Below, in pieces: positions 32,180 to 41,693 of a stretch of 64,000 nucleotides of DNA. This DNA is from Patescibacteria group bacterium (GTDB taxonomy: Bacteria > Patescibacteriota > Microgenomatia > UBA10105 > UBA927), in contig DATKGN010000002.1 in the NCBI GenBank assembly GCA_035510735.1, positions 125,118 through 189,117 of the forward strand, in the 5' to 3' direction. Every line of letters begins with the position of its first letter. Within the stretch, counting starts at the first letter, position 1. Both the position numbers and the translations under genes were made by a program. The notes beneath the pieces are model-generated. The model saw only the letters and a list, made by a program, of their open reading frames with translations, was not told the origin of the DNA and did not search any database.

Positions 32180-34438
32180 TTATCCGAACGGAAAGTTATC
32201 CCCAGATTGAACAACCTTTTCGCGGCCGTTCCGTATAAGATGAACCATCCCAACGCCTAATACTTGAGACTCGTGCCGGGTCACATCGACGACGCATGCT
32301 GTTTGTTCATCAATCCCCAGTATCGTCATCCCGCCGGGCAACAGACTAACAAGCTTCTCAAACCGGCTGACCCCCATATAGCAGCGCGTCGTATCAAAGT
32401 CCTCCCCCTCCTGATTATTCCAGTGCGGGATAATGACCACGTTGGGAATCCATTGTTTAAACAGATTTATTCCCGCTATCCAATGCAGCTCCTCCCCTAC
32501 TTTAAATATTTCATAGACGGGAAGGACCTGCGCGCCCACGGCCATCGCGGTAGCTGACCCCAGACAGACGGTCATTCCGGTTTGAAACGCTTTTTCAATA
32601 TTGTGAGCCGCGCGCGAACCCTTGAGGTGCTTTACCGTATAACCGGGAGAACCGGCCCCGCAGTAGAGATAGTCTTCATGGAGAATTGAATCCACAGTTG
32701 CAGGATCATTTGTAGAATTTTGGCCGTCACAACGCCATGCACGAATTCTCGTAATCTCAGGCTTTATATTGATGAGTTTCGTCTTGAAAAATTGCTCCAT
32801 CCGCTCGGGCCACCCGTGAATCGCATTCACTTCAAAGCCTGTCGGTGTTTCAAGGATGCCGATCTTCACTCCGGCCGTTAATCCAGCCTGCTTTATTACC
32901 GTCTCATGAATTTTTCTTCCGGTCGGAGACATCTCGCCGGAGCCAAATAGGACAATTAGACCTGGTTCCCCGCGACGGAGTTTATCCTGAGCATTGCCGA
33001 AGGACTCGGGGTGAAAAATTGATTTGTTTGTCAATTTTTCATTTTTTTTTACGCGGATTCCTTGTGGAGTATCTTCAATGACGTACCCTTTGTCTTCAAT
33101 TTCGCGGCGGACGGCATCGGCATCGGCAAACCGTTTTTCCTTGCGAAGTGCTTCGCGCTTTGCCAATAAATCAGAAATTTCCTTTGGCACCGCAACTTCT
33201 TCGCTTTTGGCACTGGCAAGATCAAGTCCTAATACGCCATCGAATGATATGAGCAAATCATACCGCTCTTTTGGACTTAAGGATTGTGCCCGTATAACCT
33301 CCCAAACCACTGCAAGAGCTCTGGGAATATTTAAATTATCTTCGAGTGTTTCTTTGAATTTTTGTACGAATTCCTGCCGCAGCGGCGTCTGGTCTTTTGA
33401 TGCAAAAGATTCGCTTCTTAAGGCTGCGACAGCACTAATCAGTTCGTGTCGTGCGTTTTTGGACGCATCAAGCGCTGTCCAGGTGAAGTTGAGAAATGCC
33501 CGGTAATGTGCAGTCAGATAGAGATACCTAAGGTCTAACGGATCGTAACCCTTAGATTCAATATCTGCTAACCGGTAAAAATTCCCTTTGCTTTTGGCCA
33601 TCTTGGCGCCGTCAACCATGATGAATTGCCCGTGCACCCAATACCGCACAAACGGAGATTTGCCGGAAGCGGCTTCCGACTGGGCAATCTCATTGGTATT
33701 ATGAATGGGAATAAGATCAGCGCCGCCGGTGTGGATGTCGATCTGATCGCCTAAATGCTTTTTACTCATCGCGGAACATTCGATATGCCAGCCGGGAAAT
33801 CCCACACCCCACGGGCTCTCCCACTCCATATCCCGTTTCGGTCCTTTCGGGGAAAATTTCCAAAGGGCGAAATCGGTCGGATTCTTCTTCTGCGGATTTG
33901 GTTCTACGCGTGCGCCTTCCTTAAGTTCATCAAGGCTTTGACCCGTTAATTTTCCGTAGTCTTTAAATTTACTGGTGTCGAAATAGATCCCGTCATCAAT
34001 CTTGTAGGCGAATCCTTTAGAAAGGAGCATTTCTACCATAGCGATTTGCTCGGCAATGTGTTCGGTCGGCTTCGGCCGGACATCCGGGTCCAGGAGATTC
34101 AACTTCTTACTGTCCGCCAAAAACGCATCGGTGTAAAATCTCGCGATGTCCCACGCGGTTTTCCCCTCACGTTTGGCGCCCTTTTCCATCTTATCTTCAC
34201 CGCTATCGGAATCGGAAACAAGGTGGCCGACATCGGTAATATTGGAAACGTATTTAACCGGATACCCCAGGTATTTAATCGTCCGTACCAGAAGATCCGA
34301 CATTGTATACGTCCGGAAGTTGCCGATATGCGCATAGTCATACACCGTCGGGCCGCAGCAATAGACCGTTACCAATTTCGGATCTCTTGGAGTAAATGTT
34401 TCAACTTTTTTCCCTAATGTATTGAAGAGTCTGAGCAT
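32180..34438 (-). CDS. cysS: cysteine--tRNA ligase fused to a peptidase S51/cyanophycinase-like domain
   Basis: CGPTVYDYAHIGN, GFPGWHIEC, KMAKS and anticodon domain; then LFGSGE...ETPTGFE...GAGSP...GSATA...IIPHWNN...GIDEQT. Confidence 0.92.
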   Translation of the reverse strand: MLRLFNTLGKKVETFTPRDPKLVTVYCCGPTVYDYAHIGNFRTYTMSDLLVRTIKYLGYPVKYVSNITDVGHLVSDSDSGEDKMEKGAKREGKTAWDIARFYTDAFLADSKKLNLLDPDVRPKPTEHIAEQIAMVEMLLSKGFAYKIDDGIYFDTSKFKDYGKLTGQSLDELKEGARVEPNPQKKNPTDFALWKFSPKGPKRDMEWESPWGVGFPGWHIECSAMSKKHLGDQIDIHTGGADLIPIHNTNEIAQSEAASGKSPFVRYWVHGQFIMVDGAKMAKSKGNFYRLADIESKGYDPLDLRYLYLTAHYRAFLNFTWTALDASKNARHELISAVAALRSESFASKDQTPLRQEFVQKFKETLEDNLNIPRALAVVWEVIRAQSLSPKERYDLLISFDGVLGLDLASAKSEEVAVPKEISDLLAKREALRKEKRFADADAVRREIEDKGYVIEDTPQGIRVKKNEKLTNKSIFHPESFGNAQDKLRRGEPGLIVLFGSGEMSPTGRKIHETVIKQAGLTAGVKIGILETPTGFEVNAIHGWPERMEQFFKTKLINIKPEITRIRAWRCDGQNSTNDPATVDSILHEDYLYCGAGSPGYTVKHLKGSRAAHNIEKAFQTGMTVCLGSATAMAVGAQVLPVYEIFKVGEELHWIAGINLFKQWIPNVVIIPHWNNQEGEDFDTTRCYMGVSRFEKLVSLLPGGMTILGIDEQTACVVDVTRHESQVLGVGMVHLIRNGREKVVQSGDNFPFG
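32966..33014. repeat. nested palindromic element in the cysS interdomain linker
   Basis: ttccccg..gagt-ttatcctgagcattgccgaagg-actc-ggggtgaa; inner part resembles 49548-49566 and 59813-59830. Confidence 0.7.
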
Positions 34439-34453
34439 GGAGTAAGCTTACTA

Positions 34454-35308
34454 TTAAATCTTCAACTTTTCAACGCCGATGCCGGCCGCAATAATAAGTA
34501 GTCCGCCAAAAATCTGGATAAGCGTGAGTGACTCCCCGAGAAACGAAAACGCCAATACCGACACGATAACCGGCGTCAATGAAAAAATCATGGTAACAAA
34601 TGACGCGGACGACTCCTTAAGCGCCCGGTAACGGAACGTCGTAATAAGAATTTGACATATCGTTAGGGCAATGATGAGCGGGATCCCTGACGGGATGACC
34701 AAGGCATGTTGCCACCACGTGACGATGAGAAGCGGAATGAATCCCAACAGCGTGCTTACCGACGCTGCAACATCACTGTGAACAATTTTCGCAGCTATTC
34801 GGCCCAACACATTATTTCCCAAACTGATAAGCAATGCCTCAGTAATGGTGAGTATGTCGCCGGTTGATAGAGACAGTACACGTCCTTTTGTGGTAAGAAA
34901 ATACGACCCGACAAGTATAACGACTGCAAGAATAATTTTCTTTTTCGTTAACGGTTCCTTAAGGAAAATATATGCTTCAAGAATGGTAAAAAGTATAACC
35001 GTCCGAATGAGAAATGAATAATTTACGGCAGGACTGTATGTCAACGCATAAACTTCCGTAATAGTGACGCCGACAGAACTCACAAGAGCAATACCCAACA
35101 AAACTCCCCACGCTTTTGCATTCAACGATCTAATATCCCGTCTAAATTGAAACGCCTTTATCATCCAATACGGCAACTCAAATATTGAAGCCCAAATAGC
35201 GACGGTCAGCGTGAGATTTGACGTTTGGTGTAAAAGAATCCGTTCGAGAATAATCGCGATTGCCCAAACGATTGCTGCAATTGTGGCGTACCGGAATCCT
35301 GAGCTCAT
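34454..35308 (-). CDS. EamA/DMT family transporter
   Basis: About 10 TMs; FLKEPLT and FLGESLT repeats. Confidence 0.88.
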   Translation of the reverse strand: MSSGFRYATIAAIVWAIAIILERILLHQTSNLTLTVAIWASIFELPYWMIKAFQFRRDIRSLNAKAWGVLLGIALVSSVGVTITEVYALTYSPAVNYSFLIRTVILFTILEAYIFLKEPLTKKKIILAVVILVGSYFLTTKGRVLSLSTGDILTITEALLISLGNNVLGRIAAKIVHSDVAASVSTLLGFIPLLIVTWWQHALVIPSGIPLIIALTICQILITTFRYRALKESSASFVTMIFSLTPVIVSVLAFSFLGESLTLIQIFGGLLIIAAGIGVEKLKI

Positions 35309-35312
35309 ATAC

Positions 35313-37136
35313 TTATAATGTAACCGCCTTCGGTAATGAGTAATTAAATTGTTCAATACTCTTCCATTGGTCCGTTGTTATGTGTGGTATTTTATTGTTT
35401 TTTATATACAGACAGGACGGCGCATTATCGTGATCGAGCCGAACGTAAAGATACGCTAATTGAGGCGGCATCGTGGTAAATTCGTTCGATTTCCCCCAGC
35501 ACCGGCCGTAAAAAAAGACCGGAGGATCCTTTTTGAGCATTTCATCGCGCGCTTTTGTATACACCGTAAAATACGGCATGAGCGATGTATACCAGCTGTA
35601 CGGGTAATCGGAATACCTGCCAGCCTGCCAGTAAATAAGATCATCCTGACCGTCAAGGAATAGGGTGTCAGCGGGATTGGATAATAACCGTACCGTTTCT
35701 CCGACGACATAATATTGATTGTAATTTGTCGTGAACTCCGTTTGCCGGTCAACCTGTTCATGAAGATAGGATGCGGGCGACACAAGCGCATATACCGATA
35801 ATCCCAAAAATACCGCCCCGCCGATAAGAGAAATCCATCGTACATTTCTGTACTGCCATACTTTTACCAACAGGCTCAGAACGGTGAATATGACCAGCGC
35901 ATACCACTCTATATGATGAAACGTGCCGTAATAGAGACTTCCGGGGATAATCGTCCTAATGTTTGCGAGTGTTAACACAGCAAGCGCAATAATGACGCCT
36001 GATATATTTTTCGATTTCACCAATACCAAAATTCCAAATAAAATAAGTAATGCCATGAGGCCTGCTTCCACCTCACGAAATAGATTCCAATTCCCTTCAT
36101 AAAATACCTGCAGTGGATATAAAAAAACACTCCACGTTCCCCCGCTTTGAGCAGCAACCTGCGTGGCTTCGATAGTGATGTTATGTTCATTAACCGTAAA
36201 CACGTTAAACATAAAATCGTTTATGCCAAAGTACGTAACAGAAGCGAGTGACATAAGAAAAAGAAGTATTCCCGACCACCAAATCCAGACAGTTTTTCTC
36301 ATAAACCAGAGCATTACGGCAAATAGCATAAGAACGAGCGGAATATACGGTTCGCGGGTAAATACGACAAACCATGTAAATATGGTTGCGAGAAATACTT
36401 CGAAGGGTGACACGCGCTTCTTTTGCAAAAATTCCCACACAAGACCCCACAAATACACGACCGGGTAGACGATGATGGGCTCGGCCAAAAACCGGTCGCC
36501 GAAAATAAACCCTTTTGTCGATTCAAAGAGAATGGCAAATCCGAATCCGACAACGCCAAACCGTAGTGTGAGGAAGATGTCAGCAATAATGGACAGATAA
36601 ATCATAAACATCCGGTGCTGGTAAATAAGCATGTAGATGGAATCCGGTTTCGTCAGGTGCTGGATAAGGGCGCTTATGTAGGCCATCGACGGCATGTGGT
36701 TAAAGAAAATTTCAGAGAACATCTTTTTGCCGTGAAGGAGGAAATACCCGCCCATCATGTTATTGCAGTCGTCGAAACACCCGAATGCACCGATCCGGTC
36801 GCGGTAAATTGAACGAAGATATATCCATAACGGGATGAGGAGAAAAACGAAAAGCAATCTTAGGGAGAAGCGCTTTGGTCGCTGCGCCTTTTGTGCGCAT
36901 CCGTCAGTGCTTGAGTCGCGGGTGACGCGGGACGGAGGGCCTCCACCGGCCGGGGTCCCCTTCGTGGGTGGCCGTGGAGGAAAACCCGCGGCAGGACCCG
37001 CACTCTGATCTTGCGCAGTGACGGTGCTGACAAAACGTGCAGCTCCCCGCGCTTCTCTGTTCTTTTGATTATTCTGAATATTAATCCTGTCTAACGTTGC
37101 GGTTTTCCGTCGCGGTTTGTTTGGCTTTTTTGCCAT
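35313..37136 (-). CDS. polytopic membrane protein, GT-C glycosyltransferase-like (start uncertain)
   Basis: FDDCNN...FFNHMP loop and many TMs; ATG 37136 is preceded by GAGGAG, but the N-terminus crosses a 193-nt inverted-repeat element. Confidence 0.65.
   Translation of the reverse strand: MAKKPNKPRRKTATLDRINIQNNQKNREARGAARFVSTVTAQDQSAGPAAGFPPRPPTKGTPAGGGPPSRVTRDSSTDGCAQKAQRPKRFSLRLLFVFLLIPLWIYLRSIYRDRIGAFGCFDDCNNMMGGYFLLHGKKMFSEIFFNHMPSMAYISALIQHLTKPDSIYMLIYQHRMFMIYLSIIADIFLTLRFGVVGFGFAILFESTKGFIFGDRFLAEPIIVYPVVYLWGLVWEFLQKKRVSPFEVFLATIFTWFVVFTREPYIPLVLMLFAVMLWFMRKTVWIWWSGILLFLMSLASVTYFGINDFMFNVFTVNEHNITIEATQVAAQSGGTWSVFLYPLQVFYEGNWNLFREVEAGLMALLILFGILVLVKSKNISGVIIALAVLTLANIRTIIPGSLYYGTFHHIEWYALVIFTVLSLLVKVWQYRNVRWISLIGGAVFLGLSVYALVSPASYLHEQVDRQTEFTTNYNQYYVVGETVRLLSNPADTLFLDGQDDLIYWQAGRYSDYPYSWYTSLMPYFTVYTKARDEMLKKDPPVFFYGRCWGKSNEFTTMPPQLAYLYVRLDHDNAPSCLYIKNNKIPHITTDQWKSIEQFNYSLPKAVTL
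36865..37057. repeat. 193-nt GC-rich rod-like inverted repeat or candidate structured RNA
   Basis: Nested arms gagaagcgc/gcgcttctc, ttttgt/acaaaa, ccgtca/tgacgg, gcgggt/acccgc, cgcggg/cccgcg, ctccac/gtggag. Confidence 0.8.
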
Positions 37137-37572
37137 ACAGATCTCCTCGCGGGCGCTTACTTGTGGCCATCGGCAGCGATTGAGCCGACTGCTGCGCCTG
37201 ATTTTGGGCAAGCACGTTTTTTTTCTGTTCCTGCTCCTGCTGTAGTCGTTCCCAGATGGACGGCTCTTTCTTCTTTGCGATGGCGCCGCTTGTGAGCTCC
37301 TCAAGAGCCCGACGCGCCATATGGCGCTTCACTGCCTGGTCATTTTCCCCGTCAATCTGCTCCCAGGCTGTAGCCGGCTTTCCACCCTCTCCGGGAGTCC
37401 CTGACGTCACGACCGTTTGTCCTTTGGAATTTTTCGAACTTGAAGTTCCGAGGCTTTCGAGCGCCTTCCCTGCAATATCTTTGGGAACTTTTGCAACCTC
37501 CGTGCCGATCTGTTTGCCGATCTGACCGAGCTCAGAGATTATTGATCCGCCGATATTGCCGCTGTCTGCCAT
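37081..37572 (-). CDS. hypothetical protein
   Basis: Low-complexity ORF co-oriented in the recR cluster. Confidence 0.7.
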   Translation of the reverse strand: MADSGNIGGSIISELGQIGKQIGTEVAKVPKDIAGKALESLGTSSSKNSKGQTVVTSGTPGEGGKPATAWEQIDGENDQAVKRHMARRALEELTSGAIAKKKEPSIWERLQQEQEQKKNVLAQNQAQQSAQSLPMATSKRPRGDLYGKKAKQTATENRNVRQD

Positions 37573-37590
37573 AATTCCTCTTGTCACAAC

Positions 37591-37893
37591 TTAGGAAAAC
37601 CCGAGCTGCATTTTCGCCTCTTCACTCATTGTATCAGGTGTCCACGGCGGATCAAAGGTAAGTTCTACCTCAACTTTCTTCACTCCCTTGATGGCACCGA
37701 CCGTATCTTTAATAGGCTCAGCTATCTGATCAAAGAGCGGGCATCCGAGGGTCGTTAAAGTCATCACAACTCTGACATTACCCTTTTTATCAATTTCAAT
37801 TCTATAAATGAGCCCGAGCTGTAAAATGGAAACTCCGATCTCAGGATCCGGAATTTTGTCTAGCACAGACTCGACCTGTTTTTTCGTTACCAT
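37591..37893 (-). CDS. DUF59/SufT-like Fe-S maturation protein
   Basis: DPEIGVSI..LGLIY, MTLTTLGCP and FDPPW motifs. Confidence 0.92.
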   Translation of the reverse strand: MVTKKQVESVLDKIPDPEIGVSILQLGLIYRIEIDKKGNVRVVMTLTTLGCPLFDQIAEPIKDTVGAIKGVKKVEVELTFDPPWTPDTMSEEAKMQLGFS

Positions 37894-37895
37894 AG

Positions 37896-38522
37896 TTAAT
37901 ATTCCGTACGGCCTTCAAGCGCACGGCGCAGCGTCACTTCATCGGCATATTCAATGTCTGCTCCGACCGGAAGCCCGTGGGCTAGGCGCGTCACTTTAAT
38001 TTTATGGTTATTATTGTTACTTGTTACTTTGTTAATTTGTTTATGTATGTACATTGCCGTTGCCTCCCCCTCCATATTGGGGTTCATGGCTAAGATAACC
38101 TCGGCAACTTTTGATGAATCTGCGGCCACCCGCTTTACCAAATCCTCAATATAGATCTCATCCGGACCGATATTATTTAAAGGATCTATGGCGCCGTGAA
38201 GCACGTGATAGACACCGTTAAAGTGCCCGGTCCGTTCAATGGAGAGGACATCACTCGGACTCTCGACGACACAAATAATCGTATGATCGCGCGACGGATT
38301 ATCGCAGATGATGCACGGATCCTGTTCGGCAACGTTCTTACAAATGCCGCAGAGAATCGTATCTTTTTTTAGGCCCGATAAACTTTTGGCGAATAAGTCG
38401 AGGTCTTCCTGCGGAACGTGAAGAAGATAAAACGCAAGCCGCTGGGCGGTTTTTGGTCCTACGCCCGGCAGACGCTCAAACGACTCAATAACCCGCGAAA
38501 CCGCTTTCGGAAGAATTGCCAT
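37896..38522 (-). CDS. recR: recombination protein RecR
   Basis: LPGVGPKTAQR, C4 zinc finger, YHVLHG, EGEATA and RLAHGLPVG motifs. Confidence 0.96.
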   Translation of the reverse strand: MAILPKAVSRVIESFERLPGVGPKTAQRLAFYLLHVPQEDLDLFAKSLSGLKKDTILCGICKNVAEQDPCIICDNPSRDHTIICVVESPSDVLSIERTGHFNGVYHVLHGAIDPLNNIGPDEIYIEDLVKRVAADSSKVAEVILAMNPNMEGEATAMYIHKQINKVTSNNNNHKIKVTRLAHGLPVGADIEYADEVTLRRALEGRTEY

Positions 38523-38530
38523 CTTGTTAT

Positions 38531-38626
38531 TTGTCATCGCGAATCCCGATACGATCGGCATGTGGCGATCTCATATAAATATTGTGTTTGGATTGCTTCG
38601 CCGTGTGAACGGTCTCGCAATGACAA
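38531..38626. repeat. GTCATTGCGAG-family palindromic repeat, copy 2
   Basis: ttgtcatcgcga...ggcgatct...gattgcttcg...ctcgcaatgacaa. Confidence 0.85.
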
Positions 38627-38636
38627 TATAGTAATT

Positions 38637-39551
38637 TTACCTTACCAGCGTTGAAATTGCATTGGCGATCAAAGGAGCGATAGAGACCGTATGCAACTTA
38701 TCGAATTTTTTGTCCCCGATGATATCAATCGAGTTGGTGACGATGATTTTATCAATCGGCGCATGGGACAACTTTTCAACCGCTTCACCGGCTAGTACGC
38801 CGTGAGTAGCAAGCGCGATCACACTTGTCGCCCCCGCCTGCCGGAGAGACTCAGCCGCCTGTACCGTTGTACCGCCCGTTGAAATAATATCATCGATAAT
38901 GATCGCTGTTTTATCATTGACGTCGCCTATGATCTGATAGGTTTCGCTCGTATCATGCTTATCCAGGAATCTCCGCTTTTCCATAACGACCATTGGAAGA
39001 TCAAGCGCATAGGCCAAATTGCGGGCACGCTTGACTCCGCCGACATCGGGTGAGATCACAACGCCGTTTTGAATGTTCATCTTCTTGATCTCGTCCGCTA
39101 ATACCTGAAGGGCAGAAATATGCATAACAGGGATCTGGAAAAATCCCACAATGGCATCATTATGAAGATCGACGCAGATAATCTCATCAAACATGCTGAC
39201 TTCCAAGAATTTCGCAATCACGCGCGCGGAGACCGGCTCGCCCAACCGATGGAGCTTATCCTGACGGGAATATCCCATATACGGGATAACGGCAATGACG
39301 GCCCGGGGCGCACAACGGCGGATCGCGTCTCCCATAAGGACCATCTCCATAATGTGCTCATCCATGGGGAAGGAAAAAGACTCAAGAACGATAACTGTTT
39401 TATCCCGTATATCATCCTGAATCCACGGCCGGAGCTCGCCATCCGCAAACCGCGTTAAGTCAACGTGACCAAGCGTTATATGGAGGGATTTTGCGACTTC
39501 ATGCGCAAGAGGTAAATTACTGGAACCGGCATACAAAATAAAGTCTTTCAT
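38637..39551 (-). CDS. prs: ribose-phosphate pyrophosphokinase
   Basis: FADGE, PYMGYSRQD, DLH, SPDVGG and IIDDIISTGGT motifs. Confidence 0.95.
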   Translation of the reverse strand: MKDFILYAGSSNLPLAHEVAKSLHITLGHVDLTRFADGELRPWIQDDIRDKTVIVLESFSFPMDEHIMEMVLMGDAIRRCAPRAVIAVIPYMGYSRQDKLHRLGEPVSARVIAKFLEVSMFDEIICVDLHNDAIVGFFQIPVMHISALQVLADEIKKMNIQNGVVISPDVGGVKRARNLAYALDLPMVVMEKRRFLDKHDTSETYQIIGDVNDKTAIIIDDIISTGGTTVQAAESLRQAGATSVIALATHGVLAGEAVEKLSHAPIDKIIVTNSIDIIGDKKFDKLHTVSIAPLIANAISTLVR

Positions 39552-39593
39552 TTTAATTTGTCATCCCTTCTATGCCACTATACTACTCCCAAA

Positions 39594-40301
39594 TCAGGCT
39601 ATTGAAAAGAGGGATAAGACCGAAGGATCCATGAGAGAATTCACGATAAGGTCAGGGTTTTCCTTAGCGAGTTCATTAGGGCTTCCGTGCATGCCCGTCG
39701 TGACGGCGATCGTGAAAGCGCCGATAGCCTTGCCGCAGCGGATATCAAATACGGTGTCGCCGATTATTACAACCTCGCCGGGCGCGAGATCCAATCCGAA
39801 TTGTTTCTTCGCTTTCGCAAACACCTGACCCGCGAGCTCAATACGGTCATCGGCTTCATCTCCATAGAGACCGAATGAAAAATACTTGGAAATTCCCGTA
39901 TGGGATAACTTCCAATCTGCAATTTTCCTCGCATTACCGGTCAAAATCCCGCGAATAACACCCGGGTGATTCTTTTTCAGGAATTGTACAAAAGCGACGG
40001 CATCGGGAATAATTTTAAATAATTTCACGTTCTTTCCCCACTGCGTCAACAATCCGTGCATGACGTTGACGTAATCAGGAAATTTTTTCAGGAATTCCTC
40101 ACGGCTTATCTTTCCCGCTTCTTTTACAAGTTCCCACGCGAGGAGCCGCTCCACCGTCCCGTTATACTGCATCACATTATATGTGCCGGTGATGCCGTAG
40201 ACTTTCCGTAACCCCTCATAATACTGCTCTTCCCATTTACGGATACCGACATGGTACACGAGCGTGCCGTCTATATCAAATAACACTATTTTTTTATTCA
40301 T
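39594..40301 (-). CDS. HAD family hydrolase
   Basis: FDIDGTL, LTGN and IGDTVFDI motifs. Confidence 0.9.
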   Translation of the reverse strand: MNKKIVLFDIDGTLVYHVGIRKWEEQYYEGLRKVYGITGTYNVMQYNGTVERLLAWELVKEAGKISREEFLKKFPDYVNVMHGLLTQWGKNVKLFKIIPDAVAFVQFLKKNHPGVIRGILTGNARKIADWKLSHTGISKYFSFGLYGDEADDRIELAGQVFAKAKKQFGLDLAPGEVVIIGDTVFDIRCGKAIGAFTIAVTTGMHGSPNELAKENPDLIVNSLMDPSVLSLFSIA

Positions 40302-40317
40302 GGTAATGCTTTTCAAT

Positions 40318-40474
40318 GAGCGCGTGAAATACGTTTTTTTAGACAACTGCACGTTTGCCCGCATTATTGTGAATCATATCCCGAATATGCAAACGTGCAT
40401 TTAGTGAAATATGGAAATGCCTCATGATCTGTTATGACTGATGAACGGGTCTAAAAAATGTATTTCGCACGCTC
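40318..40474. repeat. long intergenic inverted repeat
   Basis: gagcgcgtgaaatacgttttttt-agac / gtctaaaaaatgtatttcgcacgctc with inner tgcacgtttgc/gcaaacgtgca. Confidence 0.75.
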
Positions 40475-40489
40475 CCCACACCCAAGGCA

Positions 40490-41686
40490 CTATTTATTAT
40501 ATTCGGTGAGGGCTTTTGAGAGAAGCTCGACACTTCGTTTCAATGCTTTTGTGTTTAGGACGTATGCGATGCGCACTTCATTTTTCCCAAGTCCGCGGGT
40601 GGCATAGAAGCCGGCAGCGGGAGCGACCATCACCGTCTCGTTGTTGTCCCGGAAATCCGTAAGAAGCCACTTAGCAAAGTCTTCGGAATCACTTATGGGA
40701 AGTCCGACAATAGAATAAAATGCCCCTTCGGGTTTCGGAATCGTCACGCCGGGAATCTTTTTTAATCCTTCGTACAGCACATCGCGCCGCTTGGCCCATT
40801 CCTCATGCGTTTGATGAAGCCAGCTCTCAGGAACTTCCGTAAGTTTTGCCGCAATCATCTGGTCGACAATTCCGCTTGAAAGCCTCCCCTGCCCGATCCG
40901 AAGAACCCCGGCCATAACGTCGGCGTTGAGTGATACGAGTACGCCGAGTCTGACGCCGCACAAATTATAGCGTTTGGACATACTATCAAGCATAATGGCC
41001 TGATCGGGAATTTCCTGCATATAGGACAAAAGCGAGGTTTGCATGCGGCCGTCATACGTATATTCGCGGTAGACTTCATCAACCAGCATAAATAATCCGT
41101 GTTTTTTGGCGAGCCCGACAAGCATATCCATCTCCGCCTTTGTAAATACCGTGCCCGTAGGATTATTGGGTGAACAGATGAGAATTGCTTTCGTTCTCTT
41201 AGAAATATGCTTTTCTATAACGGATTTTTCTGGCAAGTGAAATCCGTTTTCAATCGATGTTCTCACTGGCACCAATTTCACCCCGTTGACAACCGCATAC
41301 GTGTTGTAATTTGCGTAAAACGGCTCAAAGACGATAACCTCATCGTCGGGTTCACTAATGGCAAAGAGCGCCATGGATATGGCCTCTGATCCGCCGCTTG
41401 TGACCTGAATATTCGGGATATCGATGAAGCCGTAACCTAAGCGGTTGTAATAAATTTTTAATGCTTCCAAAAACTCCGGCTGCCCCTGCGACTGGCTGTA
41501 ACCGATGGGATCAATGTTCCAGTTTTTAAGGACGTCCATCATGACGCCCGGTGTTTTAATATCCGGATCCCCGATGTTGAGATGATAGACGTGAACGCCG
41601 GCTTTTTTCGCAGCCATTGCGAATGGAACGAGTTTTCTGATCGGGGACGCCGGAACATTGAGAAGTCTTTTTGATACCGTTACCAT
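40490..41686 (-). CDS. PLP-dependent aminotransferase class I/II
   Basis: LNIGDPD, SPNNPTG, DEVY and SMSK...GVRLG motifs. Confidence 0.93.
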   Translation of the reverse strand: MVTVSKRLLNVPASPIRKLVPFAMAAKKAGVHVYHLNIGDPDIKTPGVMMDVLKNWNIDPIGYSQSQGQPEFLEALKIYYNRLGYGFIDIPNIQVTSGGSEAISMALFAISEPDDEVIVFEPFYANYNTYAVVNGVKLVPVRTSIENGFHLPEKSVIEKHISKRTKAILICSPNNPTGTVFTKAEMDMLVGLAKKHGLFMLVDEVYREYTYDGRMQTSLLSYMQEIPDQAIMLDSMSKRYNLCGVRLGVLVSLNADVMAGVLRIGQGRLSSGIVDQMIAAKLTEVPESWLHQTHEEWAKRRDVLYEGLKKIPGVTIPKPEGAFYSIVGLPISDSEDFAKWLLTDFRDNNETVMVAPAAGFYATRGLGKNEVRIAYVLNTKALKRSVELLSKALTEYNK

Positions 41687-41693
41687 AGTGTAT

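Noticed and set aside
40400-40450. Hammerhead ribozyme (GAAA...CUGAUGA)
   Set aside because: Stems I and II cannot be formed convincingly
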